A stretch of DNA of 64,000 nt, from positions 1,664,001 to 1,728,000 of the forward strand of contig CAUVXB020000002.1 of assembly GCA_963555825.3 (NCBI GenBank). Direction: 5' to 3'. The position numbers and the translations under genes were made by a program. Shown here piece after piece: positions 52,801-60,750 of the stretch. The notes below the pieces were generated by a model. That model searched no databases and had not been told where the DNA came from. It saw only the letters and a program-made list of their open reading frames with translations. Source of the stretch: Alphaproteobacteria bacterium (lineage in GTDB: Bacteria > Pseudomonadota > Alphaproteobacteria > JAAXGF01). Every line of letters begins with the position of its first letter. Positions within the stretch are counted from its first letter, which is position 1.

Positions 52801-54023
52801 CCGTCCTTGAGCGTCGTCGTCAGCGCGATGCGGCCGATCTCGAAGCCCTTCGCCTTGACGCCGCCGATCGCGACGTTGACGTCGGCTTCGGTCTGGCGCA
52901 GGCCGCCGAGATCGAACGGCTCGTCGGGAATCGCGGCGAGCGCGTCGCCCGGCCTGCCGTGCTCGGCCGGCATCTCGGCATGCTGCCGTTGGATCCCCGT
53001 TTCGGGCGGCAAGTAGCGGTCGATGTCGAGCACGCCGGCCTCGACGTTGAGCACGACCTTGGCGACCTCGCCCGAGGCGTCGAAGCTGCCGGAAGCCTTG
53101 GCGTCGAGCGCCTCGCCCACAATCGTCGCCTCCTCGAGCGTCACCTTTGCGCCATCGGCGGTCAGCGCGGCGTGCATCGTGAGCGGGCCGGGGTCTGGTT
53201 GCGACGGATCGAGCGGCGCGCCGAGCCAGGCGAAGAGCGCGCCAACCGACGGCAGGTCGATATCGAAGGCGCCATCGAGACCGGGCACCGGCTTCTGCTG
53301 GGCGCCGCCATCGTAGGTGATGCTGGCGTGCTTGGTCGTCAGCGCGAACTCGATCTTGGCGCGGCCGTCGCCGAGGATCGCCTGCGGCGAATCGACCGAG
53401 ACGTCGAGCGTCACGTTCTCGTCGTTGAGCACCGTGGAGCCGGTGATGGCCAGTGCGCTCGCCAAATTTGCCAGCGTGATCTTGACGTCGATGTCGCGCG
53501 CCTGGATGGCCTGGCCGGTGGTCGCATCGATGAACGAGAACAGGCCGCCCTCGATGCGCACGTCGGCGAGCTCGAGCCCCGAGATCGGCAGACCCGCCTC
53601 GCGCTCGGCCGCGGGCGGCGCGGGCGCGGCCGGCATGGCCGGCTCGAACAGCCAGTTGGGACGCCCCTCTGCGTCGACCTCAAGGAAAATAGCGGGCTCG
53701 CGGACGACCAGGCTTTCGACGACGACCGAGCGGCCGATCAGCGGGAACAGCGCGAGTTTGATGTCGACACCGGCCACCGAGATCATCTCGGGCGACGGCA
53801 TGCCCTCGGCGTTCGACAGACGAAATTCTCCGATGCTGATCGAAAGCGGCAGCACCGAGACGCTGATGTCCCCGTCGATGCGTAGCTCGCGGCCAGTCGC
53901 ATCGCGCACGGCCTTGGCGATCTCCGGCTCGTAGCTCTTCCAGTCGATCACCGACGGCACGATGAAAACCGCGGCGATCAGCAGAACGACGACGGCGGCC
54001 AGTCCAATTAGAATTTTCTTCAT
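49854..54023 (-). CDS. AsmA family protein with ~3 internal ~330-aa repeats
   Basis: N-terminal TM anchor, ATGRELRIDG, AsmA C-terminus (KTDFAE..G..NGLLEN..LAPLVRVTGAG..IPV.ISGPW..P); GLDG.F.....SVG.L.AWLG.PLD.SQPDPGPL x3. Confidence 0.88.
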   Translation of the reverse strand: MKKILIGLAAVVVLLIAAVFIVPSVIDWKSYEPEIAKAVRDATGRELRIDGDISVSVLPLSISIGEFRLSNAEGMPSPEMISVAGVDIKLALFPLIGRSVVVESLVVREPAIFLEVDAEGRPNWLFEPAMPAAPAPPAAEREAGLPISGLELADVRIEGGLFSFIDATTGQAIQARDIDVKITLANLASALAITGSTVLNDENVTLDVSVDSPQAILGDGRAKIEFALTTKHASITYDGGAQQKPVPGLDGAFDIDLPSVGALFAWLGAPLDPSQPDPGPLTMHAALTADGAKVTLEEATIVGEALDAKASGSFDASGEVAKVVLNVEAGVLDIDRYLPPETGIQRQHAEMPAEHGRPGDALAAIPDEPFDLGGLRQTEADVNVAIGGVKAKGFEIGRIALTTTLKDGVLDVNLSELGLYGGNVTGTVNLDGATDELSVAVNLAVAGVDVGALVKAATGETPVAGILATTVAATGKGANPRALVESLAGNVTVDLGGIDVKDAPVGAISEVKLAIALPGLESPPSIKGSVVYNMQRVDLDVTLDPLGKVLAGETFALTAAIASKRINLAYDGAVQQQPVPGLDGTFELDVPSVGKLAAWLGQPLDASQPDPGPLKLHAVLAADGAKVVLKEATIEGEALDATASGSFDDSGEIAKIVLNVEAGVLDIDRYLPPPADEPAEAAAPTEAPEGPGDALAGIPEEPFDLSGLRQAEADITVALGGVKAKGFELGRVALATTLKAGMLDINLSELALYGGNVKGTIKLDGATDVLGVALALAVDNVDVGALAEAAIGMAPVAGILSSDIEARGEGANPRALVESLVGKFAVALGEVDVKIAPVPVSEISLALDMPGVESPSSIEAGVVYNAERIDVALKLDPLKTVLAGERFNIDARLASKLISVAYAGAVQQQPVFGLDGAFDLDVSSVGELAAWLGQPLDASQPDPGPLKVHAALAADGAKVALNEATIEGKALKVNAKGSFDGSGDVAQFAADVVVELANLDAYLPPEKEGEEAAETEAAPAGEKKSQGWSEEPIDFSPLSQANDEARITIGKIVYKDIAIENGVITVTMLNGVLNAAIDKLGMAGGTIDTKVTVDASRPQAALAYQATVANVQALALLKAFADTDQLSGTVHFNANGQAVGANQKQIVETLNGGGGFKILDGAIHGIDIAETIRSMGSLGMGEDGPPQKTDFAEISGTFNIVNGLLENRDFQMLAPLVRVTGAGLVPMPPQTVDYKAELKLVASTEGQGGDAALGGLPIPVVISGPWADPSYGIDWGAVLAAAALDPARLAAMPADMLDAAKGFGVDLPLPGLGGGDGEGIGGILDAVIGGGSDEESSGVGGLIEGILGGGSSDTSGAEEPAEQESVAPEEIPGKIIEDAGEALKSLFGN

Positions 54024-54258
54024 CGGTGCGTCCTCGGGTTCACGGCCCGGTTCGGCAGCCGTCATCCGGCGCCGCCGGCCGCGTTATTGCGCGTTGGCGT
54101 CTATCGTCCCGCTCTTTTGACGCGCGTGCAACCTTGATGTGGGCACGCGGATGGCGGTGTAACGGTCGCCGGCCACGGGACCGAATGCCCGGCCCGGCGG
54201 TCGGTCGAAAGAGACGGCGCCGCGCCAGGGTGTTTTCCGGGGCGGCGCCGTAACGAGG

Positions 54259-55029
54259 CTACTTGATCAGTGTGATCCGCGCGTAGCGGTTCTGACGCTC
54301 GCGCACACCATCGGGCGTCTCCAGCCTGGGCTCCGATTCACCCAGCCCGGAACCGATGATGATGTCCGACGAGATGCCGGCCGCCGCCAGCGCGTCGGTC
54401 ACCGCGGTCGAACGGTTCTCCGACAGACCCAAGTTGTAGGCGTCGGAACCCGAACGGTCGGCGTGACCGGTCACCAGAACACGGGTCGGCTCGCGCATGC
54501 CAACCTGGTTGTTGACCCAGTCGATGACCTGCATCGCACGGTCGTCGAGCGCCGCCGAGTCATGGTCGAAGAAGATGAAGAACGACGGCGGGACCGGCAC
54601 TTCCATCGGCTCCGGCTCGGGCTCCGGCTCGGGCTCCGGCTCGGCCATCACCATCGGCGGCGGCGCAATCGCCGCCTGGATCTCCGCCAGGCCGGCGAGG
54701 AACGCCGCACGGCACGCCGCGATGTCGCCCGGCTGGCGGTTCTCTTCCTGCTCCTCGACCCAGCAGTCGTACATCAGCTGGGTATGCGCCGCGAGCTCGG
54801 GCACCGTCGTGCGGCCGTTGTCGGCCAGCGCCTCGACCAGCCACTGACGCGCCTCCGTCAGCTCCGCGATCGAACCCTCGGGCAGAGCGTGGTCGCCGGG
54901 CTCCTCGGGCACCACGAAGGCATCCCCAGCCGCCCACTGCGCCTTCAGGCCGAACAGGTCCGAGTTGCCGTAGTCGCCCTCGGCGAACTCGACCTGCGAA
55001 CGGCCCAGATACTCGCCGTAAAGCGCCTG
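54259..55029 (-). pseudogene. OmpA-family lipoprotein, 3' fragment
   Basis: QALYGEY...YDCWVEEQEE...(EP)n linker...FFDHDSA..GHADRSGS..YNLGLSENR..GLGE..NRYA. Confidence 0.9.
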
Positions 55030-56449
55030 TGTATCGCACCCGGTTCCTTGGACACAAGTTTGTCTCATGCGGCGGGCCTGAGTGACATCGCGGTGTGCCA
55101 CGCCTGACGAGCTTGAGCGGGGCTCAGGTAGCCGTTCTTCTCCACGATCCACTGGGCATTGTACTGTTCGACGAACCCGCGGACGGCGTTCCGCAGCTCC
55201 GCGATGTTGCGGTAGATGCGGCCATGGATGATCTGTTCCTTGAGCGTGCGATTGAACCTCTCGGCGACGCCGTTGGTCTGGGGCTGTTCGACGAAGGCGT
55301 AGGACGGCTGGATGCCCCAGAACTTGATCTGGTTGGTGAAGTGGTCCGACAGATACTGGGAGCCGTGATCCATCCGCAAGGCCAGCCCCCGCGCCGCACC
55401 GGCGGAGGTCGAGGCATACAGCCTCGCAAGCCCCATGGAGATCGGCTGAAGGGCGGCGAAGCGGTCGCCTCGCTTGCACACATGCCAGCCGACGCACTCG
55501 GCGTTCCAATGCTCGATGGCGGTGAATATCCAGCCCCAGCCGTCGTCCACCGTGAACACCCGAACGCCGTCCGTGCCCCACATGAGGTTGGGGGCATGGG
55601 TGATGATCTCACCGACATGGGGATTTCCGCCACGGCGGCGGCAGCGATGGGGCGAGAGCAGGTTGTTCTCGCGCATCACCCGGAGCCCCCGCTTGCGGGA
55701 AACACGGATGCCACGACAGACCCGAAGCCGAGCCCAGACCTTGCGGTGTCCCTCGCCCTCCCAGGGGGATGCCTCCAGGTCGGCCTCGATGGCCACCAGC
55801 AGAGCCTCGTCCGAGATCGAGGGCTTCGGTCCCCGGCGCTTTGCTGGTGGGCGCTCAGCGGTGGCCTGCTGCCGGGATTTCATGGCGTAGAACGAGGAAC
55901 GGGCAAAACCCCAGGCCGCACAGACCCGCTGGAGGCCGTAGGCCAAACCCGTGCCGGGAGAGGTGGCGGCACTCATCGCCGCGACCTCCGCCGCCCCAAA
56001 GGGCCGGACGTCTCCGTCTTGGCCTCCAGCAGTTCCACCTGCATGATCAACTCCCCGATCCGCTTCATGGCGATGTCCAGTTCCGCCTTCACCGGATCGC
56101 CCTTGCGTTCCTTGAGCGAGGCATCGATCCCGGCGATCGCCTTCTCACGCCACTGCTCGAGCCGGAAAATCTCCACGCCCAACTGCCGCGACAAAAGTTC
56201 CACCGGCTCGCCACGCAAAAGCCGCAGGGCAACCTCACGCTTGCGCGTCACCGTCCACCGCTGGCCAAGTCCCAGCGGGCCTGCCGGCGAAACCTGGCCC
56301 GGGGAAAACGTGGACGAGCCAAGCTCGCCCTCGTTTACCACAGGCCCATCAACAGCAACTTTGTTCTCAAAATTGTCGGGCATGTTCCGGTCCTCCTTGG
56401 ACACTTCGATTAAGCCAATTCTGTGTCCAAGGAAATCGGGTCCGACTCA
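55030..56449 (-). mobile_element. Two-ORF IS with 14-bp target duplications, copy 2 (orfA 55973-56404, orfB 55065-55976)
   Basis: Reverse complement of 36978-38397; one visible difference (OrfA T9 vs P9). Confidence 0.93.
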
Positions 56450-57508
56450 GCCTGAAGGTTGGGCAAGCCCGACGCTTCAAGGAGCTTGAGCGGGAGAACA
56501 CACATCTCAGGCGAGCCGTCGCCGATCTAACGCTGGATAAACTGATCCTGAAGGAAGCCGCCGAGGGAAACTTCTAAGCCCCGAGCGTCGCCGGCGCTGT
56601 GTTGAGCATGTCTGCACACGATATGGATTACCCGAGCGTCGCGTGTGCCGGGTCATCGGACAGCCACGCTCGACGCAACGCTATCGACGTGTCGGGGCTG
56701 ACGATGAGGCGGCGCTCACCGAGGCGATCGTGCGGCTAGCCAGTGAGTATGGCCGCTACGGCTATCGCCGGGTCACGGCGCTGCTCCGCGGAGATGGTTG
56801 GCACGTGAACCACAAGCGGGTCGAACGCATCTGGCGACGGGAGGGGCTGAAGGTGCCTGTAAAGCAACCCAAGAGAGGCCGACTGTGGCTCAACGACGGG
56901 TCCTGCATCCGTCTGCGGCCGAGCTGGCCGAACCATGTCTGGGCCTATGACTTCGTCATGGCCCGCACACACGATGGCAGGACGTTCCGCATGCTGACGA
57001 TCATCGACGAGTGGACCAGGGAGTGCCTGGCGATCGACGTCGCCCGGCACCTGCGATCCGACGACGTGCTGTATCGCCTGGCGGCACTGTTCGTCGACCG
57101 GGGGCCACCGGACCACATCCGCTCGGACAACGGCAGCGAGTTCACCGCCAAGGCCGTCCGTGACTGGCTGGCGAGAGTCGGTGTGACGACGCTCTACATC
57201 GCGCCGGGGAGTCCCTGGGAGAACGGCTACAACGAATCATTCAACGGCAAGCTCGGAGACGAGCTGCTCGACGGTGAGATATTCTACTCGCTCACGGAAG
57301 CTCAGGTGCTGATCGAGCGATGGCGATATCACTACAACACGGTCAGGCCGCACAGTGCGCTGGGCTATAGACCCCCGGCGCCACAAGCCATCGTGCCTAA
57401 ACGGACTGATCCGGCCTTCGCGATTGATGGGCTACAGCCGGATCAGCCCTTCCCAAAAACCGTGCCAGGACTAACATAGGAACTGGTACAAAAAATGGGG
57501 GCAGGCCA
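56450..57508 (+). mobile_element. IS3-family element A, 3' part (end of orfA, orfB to 57479)
   Basis: KEAAEGNF* with GGGAAAC slip site; [22 protein letters not shown]; right IR ends at 57508. Confidence 0.92.
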
Positions 57509-57934
57509 TCCGTAATTGAGTTCTACGGCATCGTTCAGGTACGAATAGTCGGACATCCATAGCTCACCGCTATCGATAATTCCCAACAGGCCTTCCGGTG
57601 TCGTGTAGTGGTAAACTATCGGTGATTCGCTCGTGTCGTATTTTGCGACTAAGCCTTTGCGCATCGACTCACGCCACATCACGCGAGGAAGCGAGAACAA
57701 GAGCGGTAGTTCGTGCTCCCAGGAGTAAGATTTCTCGCCCTCCTCATCAGTCCAGACTGCGCGTCGGTAGACTTTTGGTTCAAGCAATGGAGCAGCGGCT
57801 TCAATTTCCTCACTGCTGGTTCCATTTGGGCAACCGGGGAACGGGCAGCAGAGCAAGGCACTGTATTCGTAGTGCTCCTCGCAAACGAGGGGGAGCATTA
57901 TGTCGTAGTCGACCTTCGTAGGCGTAGAGGTCAT
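57509..57934 (-). pseudogene. DUF2971-like protein, 3'-truncated by IS
   Basis: VYHYTTPEGLLGII...LW.S....LND..E motif running into the IS end; GAGGAG SD before ATG 57934; lower GC. Confidence 0.6.
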
Positions 57935-58026
57935 ATGCTCCTCCTGCGTCACTGCCATCTCCTTATGGCATAACGCGCGCTTGAGGCATTGCGAACCGTG
58001 AGTGAGCCGTTGTCTCGATGCGGAAG

Positions 58027-58239
58027 TTACGCGGCTACGTCGACGAACTCGACGGCCGACGACGGTGCCGGGACGGAAAGCCCTTCCTGTTTGAGTCCCT
58101 CGATATGAAACACCATGGCTTCCTCGATGAGAGTTATGACTTCGTCTCGCGAATCGCCCGCGGCAACGCATCCGGGCAAATCGGGGACATACGCACCGTA
58201 GCTCTTTGGACCTTTTTCAATGATGACTGCGTACCGCAT
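58027..58239 (-). CDS. hicB: HicB family antitoxin (short form)
   Basis: YAVIIEK...YGAYVPDLPGCVAAG...IEEAM.FHIEGL...VP.P. Confidence 0.92.
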   Translation of the reverse strand: MRYAVIIEKGPKSYGAYVPDLPGCVAAGDSRDEVITLIEEAMVFHIEGLKQEGLSVPAPSSAVEFVDVAA

Positions 58240-58242
58240 CAC

Positions 58243-58434
58243 TTACTCCTCCTTCAAACCCGCCTGCTTCATGACCGCGTTTAGCGTTCCGCGAGGCATA
58301 TCGACGCCAAGTTTGCCCGCGACCGTTACCGTACCGGGCTTCACGGGATGGCGAAACTGTCGGTGGCTGCCCTTGGTTCGCAACAGCGCCCAGCCATCCT
58401 TCTCGAGCATCCTTATCACATCCCGCACCTTCAT
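58243..58434 (-). CDS. hicA: HicA family toxin
   Basis: LEKDGW...KGSHRQFRHP..PG.VTV...GTLNAVMKQAGL; immediately upstream of hicB. Confidence 0.93.
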   Translation of the reverse strand: MKVRDVIRMLEKDGWALLRTKGSHRQFRHPVKPGTVTVAGKLGVDMPRGTLNAVMKQAGLKEE

Positions 58435-58512
58435 CCCGGAATTCACCAAACCTGAATTTTCAGCCGCATGACATCCCGGCCGCCGTTGCGACCTTCTGCT
58501 TGAGCTCGGCCA

Positions 58513-59274
58513 CTAGCCCCCGCGCATGGCGTCGACCGCCTGCTTGGCGGCGCTGGCGAGTAGCGCGCCGTCGGCCCAGATGGTGACCATCTGAAAGCCC
58601 AGCGCGAGCATCTTCTTGGCGTGCGCCGGCGTCTGACAGTGGATGCCGGCCGCGATTCCGGCGGCTTGGGCGGCGTTGCAGATGCGCGTTACGGCGTCGA
58701 GCACCTCGGGCGCGGTGAAGTCGAGCTTGGGCTCGTAGCCGAGCGAGAGCGAGAGGTCCGAGGGGCCGATGTAGATGCCGTCGAGGCCCGGCGTCGTGAC
58801 GATCTCATCGAGGTTCTCCAGCGCCTTGGCGGTCTCTATCATGGCCAGCGCGAGCACCGTGGCGTTGGCGTTCGCCTGATAGTCGGCGCCGGCATACAGC
58901 GTCGCGCGCACCGGGCCGTAGCTGCGGTAGCCGTCGGGCGCGTAGCGGCAGGCGCCGACGAAGGCCTCGGCCTCGGCGCGCGAGTTGACCATCGGGCAGA
59001 TGATGCCGTAGCAGCCGGCATCCAGCATCTTCATGATGATGCCGGGCTCGAGCCACGGCACGCGCGCCATCGGCACCACGTCGGTGGTCGAGACCGCCTG
59101 CAGCATGGTGACCGCGGTCTGGTAGTCGACGACGCCGTGCTGCAAATCGACGACCAGCGAATCCCAGCCCTGATGCGCCATGACCTCGGCCGAGTAGCTC
59201 GACGGAATGCCGAGCCAGCCGTTGATCGAGTGTCCGCCGCCGCCCCAGATCTCGCGCAGCCGGTTCCGTCGCAT
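58513..59274 (-). CDS. HpcH/HpaI class II pyruvate aldolase family protein
   Basis: VDLQHG, ARVPW, LDAG, MIET, IGPSDLS; AGGAG SD. Confidence 0.9.
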   Translation of the reverse strand: MRRNRLREIWGGGGHSINGWLGIPSSYSAEVMAHQGWDSLVVDLQHGVVDYQTAVTMLQAVSTTDVVPMARVPWLEPGIIMKMLDAGCYGIICPMVNSRAEAEAFVGACRYAPDGYRSYGPVRATLYAGADYQANANATVLALAMIETAKALENLDEIVTTPGLDGIYIGPSDLSLSLGYEPKLDFTAPEVLDAVTRICNAAQAAGIAAGIHCQTPAHAKKMLALGFQMVTIWADGALLASAAKQAVDAMRGG

Positions 59275-59619
59275 GTCCCGCTCCTTGTCTGACCGCCGAT
59301 AGGCGCCCATTGAAGACCAGAACCATTGCCCCGGCAACCGTCCCGGCGCGGGTGATGCGGTCGCTGTCCGGGCGGGGCGCCCGGGTCGGGGTATCGCGCC
59401 GACCTTCCCACGGCCGCCGGGCACCCGATGTCCGCTGCTGCTATGGGGAACCGGCTCGGCGCGCTGGCCGCATCGAAGACCGCGGATGACCCGAGGCGGT
59501 CATTGATGAGCGCCCGACCATCCTTGCAACGGCCCAAGACCAAGGATCAGGCTGACATTCGGCCTGGACCGGCGTTCGGCGATCCGCTCGGCGGTGGCCC
59601 GGCAAGGCCGACCCGGCAA

Positions 59620-59880
59620 TTATTCGCCGATCTCCCGCTTGACCTCGTCGAGAATACGCAGCCCCGCGCCCATTTTACCGCCATCGCCCTGACTGTGTCC
59701 TTCCTCATGCAGCGCCTGGCCCTGGCTCAGGCGTTGGATGAGTTCGTCCATGCGCTCCGACGAGATGTCCGACTGCTCGAGCTGCGTGGAAACCTCGGGA
59801 AACTCGACGGTTCCCCGGCAGGCAAGCGCCGGTCCCGAGATCACGACGATGCATGCGGTGGCAAAGAGTAGTGCTTTCAT
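59620..59880 (-). CDS. Small exported hypothetical protein
   Basis: 86 aa, signal peptide ending PALA, helical mature part with GQALH..G.; AGGGAG SD. Confidence 0.65.
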   Translation of the reverse strand: MKALLFATACIVVISGPALACRGTVEFPEVSTQLEQSDISSERMDELIQRLSQGQALHEEGHSQGDGGKMGAGLRILDEVKREIGE

Positions 59881-60104
59881 GTCTGGCTCTCCCTTGCCCT
59901 CCTAGGGCCGGTGCGCCGCCACATCCCGTCACGCACCATTTCCCATGAAGGCTTGATCGGTTGCACGATGATATCACGCAACGGCGCCCCGTGGCGGCGC
60001 TCCATTCGCGGTCCTTACGTGCCGCCGGGATGGGCGAAGCGCGGGGCAAGGTGCTACGCAGGGAGAATATCCTCGGCATGCCGGGCTGTGGCTGTCAGCC
60101 GACA

Positions 60105-60196
60105 TCCAGCGCCTTGGCGGTCTCGATCATGGCCATCGCGCGCGCCCTGGCGTTGGCGTTCGCCTGATAGTCGGCGCCGGCATACAGCCTCGCGCG
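60105..60196 (-). repeat. 92-bp direct copy of an internal aldolase segment (58817-58908)
   Basis: Ungapped alignment with 6 mismatches by eye. Confidence 0.9.
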
Positions 60197-60426
60197 GCGG
60201 CCAAGGCCGCGATTGAACAGCGGATTCAGCGCTGCGATTACAGGGTCTTCCGTCAACGACCCAGCGAAGATGGCGACGATGACGTTCTTGATGGGCGTTA
60301 CAGCATTCTCAATCTCGTCGGCTTACGGTGAAGCGGTCCCGCCTCTTCCAGTACATCGAATTTTCAATTCAATTAATACGAGAATCTCACATATAAAAAG
60401 GCATTCAAACTATACCTTTTAACGAT

Positions 60427-60736
60427 TGTATTATCACATGTATATAATTGTTAATAGTGCGATCGGACATGAGCCGTTCGCCCAACAACAACCACCAAAT
60501 TTGACGGCTCGGCACGGCGGTGGGGTGGGCCAAGTCATGACGAACGCCGGGATCGCGTCACCAAGGCCGGCTGGTCCTGCGCCGGCAATACAATCGAAAC
60601 GTTAATATCGCACGTATTGAGCGCGTCAGGTAGGTTGATCATAAACTGTATAACATGTACAATGTAAATACCATGCGGGTATTCGGACATGAGCCGTCGA
60701 GCCAACGATAACCAGCAATTTTGACGGCCCGGTACG
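60427..60736 (+). repeat. Duplicated promoter/leader module (60427-60516 and 60647-60736)
   Basis: Offset exactly 220 bp; TCGGACATGAGCCGT...TTTGACGGCyCGGyACG core about 44/54 identical; both preceded by TGTAT..ACATGTA. Confidence 0.8.
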
Positions 60737-60750
60737 TCAGGGAGGCGTTC

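Noticed and set aside
54606-54645. Hexamer repeat as a contingency locus
   Set aside because: In-frame (EP)n linker typical of OmpA-family proteins, in an already disrupted gene.
36978-56449. Programmed phase-variation switch for ompA
   Set aside because: An IS remains inside ompA in either orientation and no site-specific invertase is encoded.
58817-60196. Possible diversity-generating retroelement TR/VR pair
   Set aside because: The six mismatches are not confined to adenines on either strand, the segment is mid-gene, and no reverse transcriptase is present.
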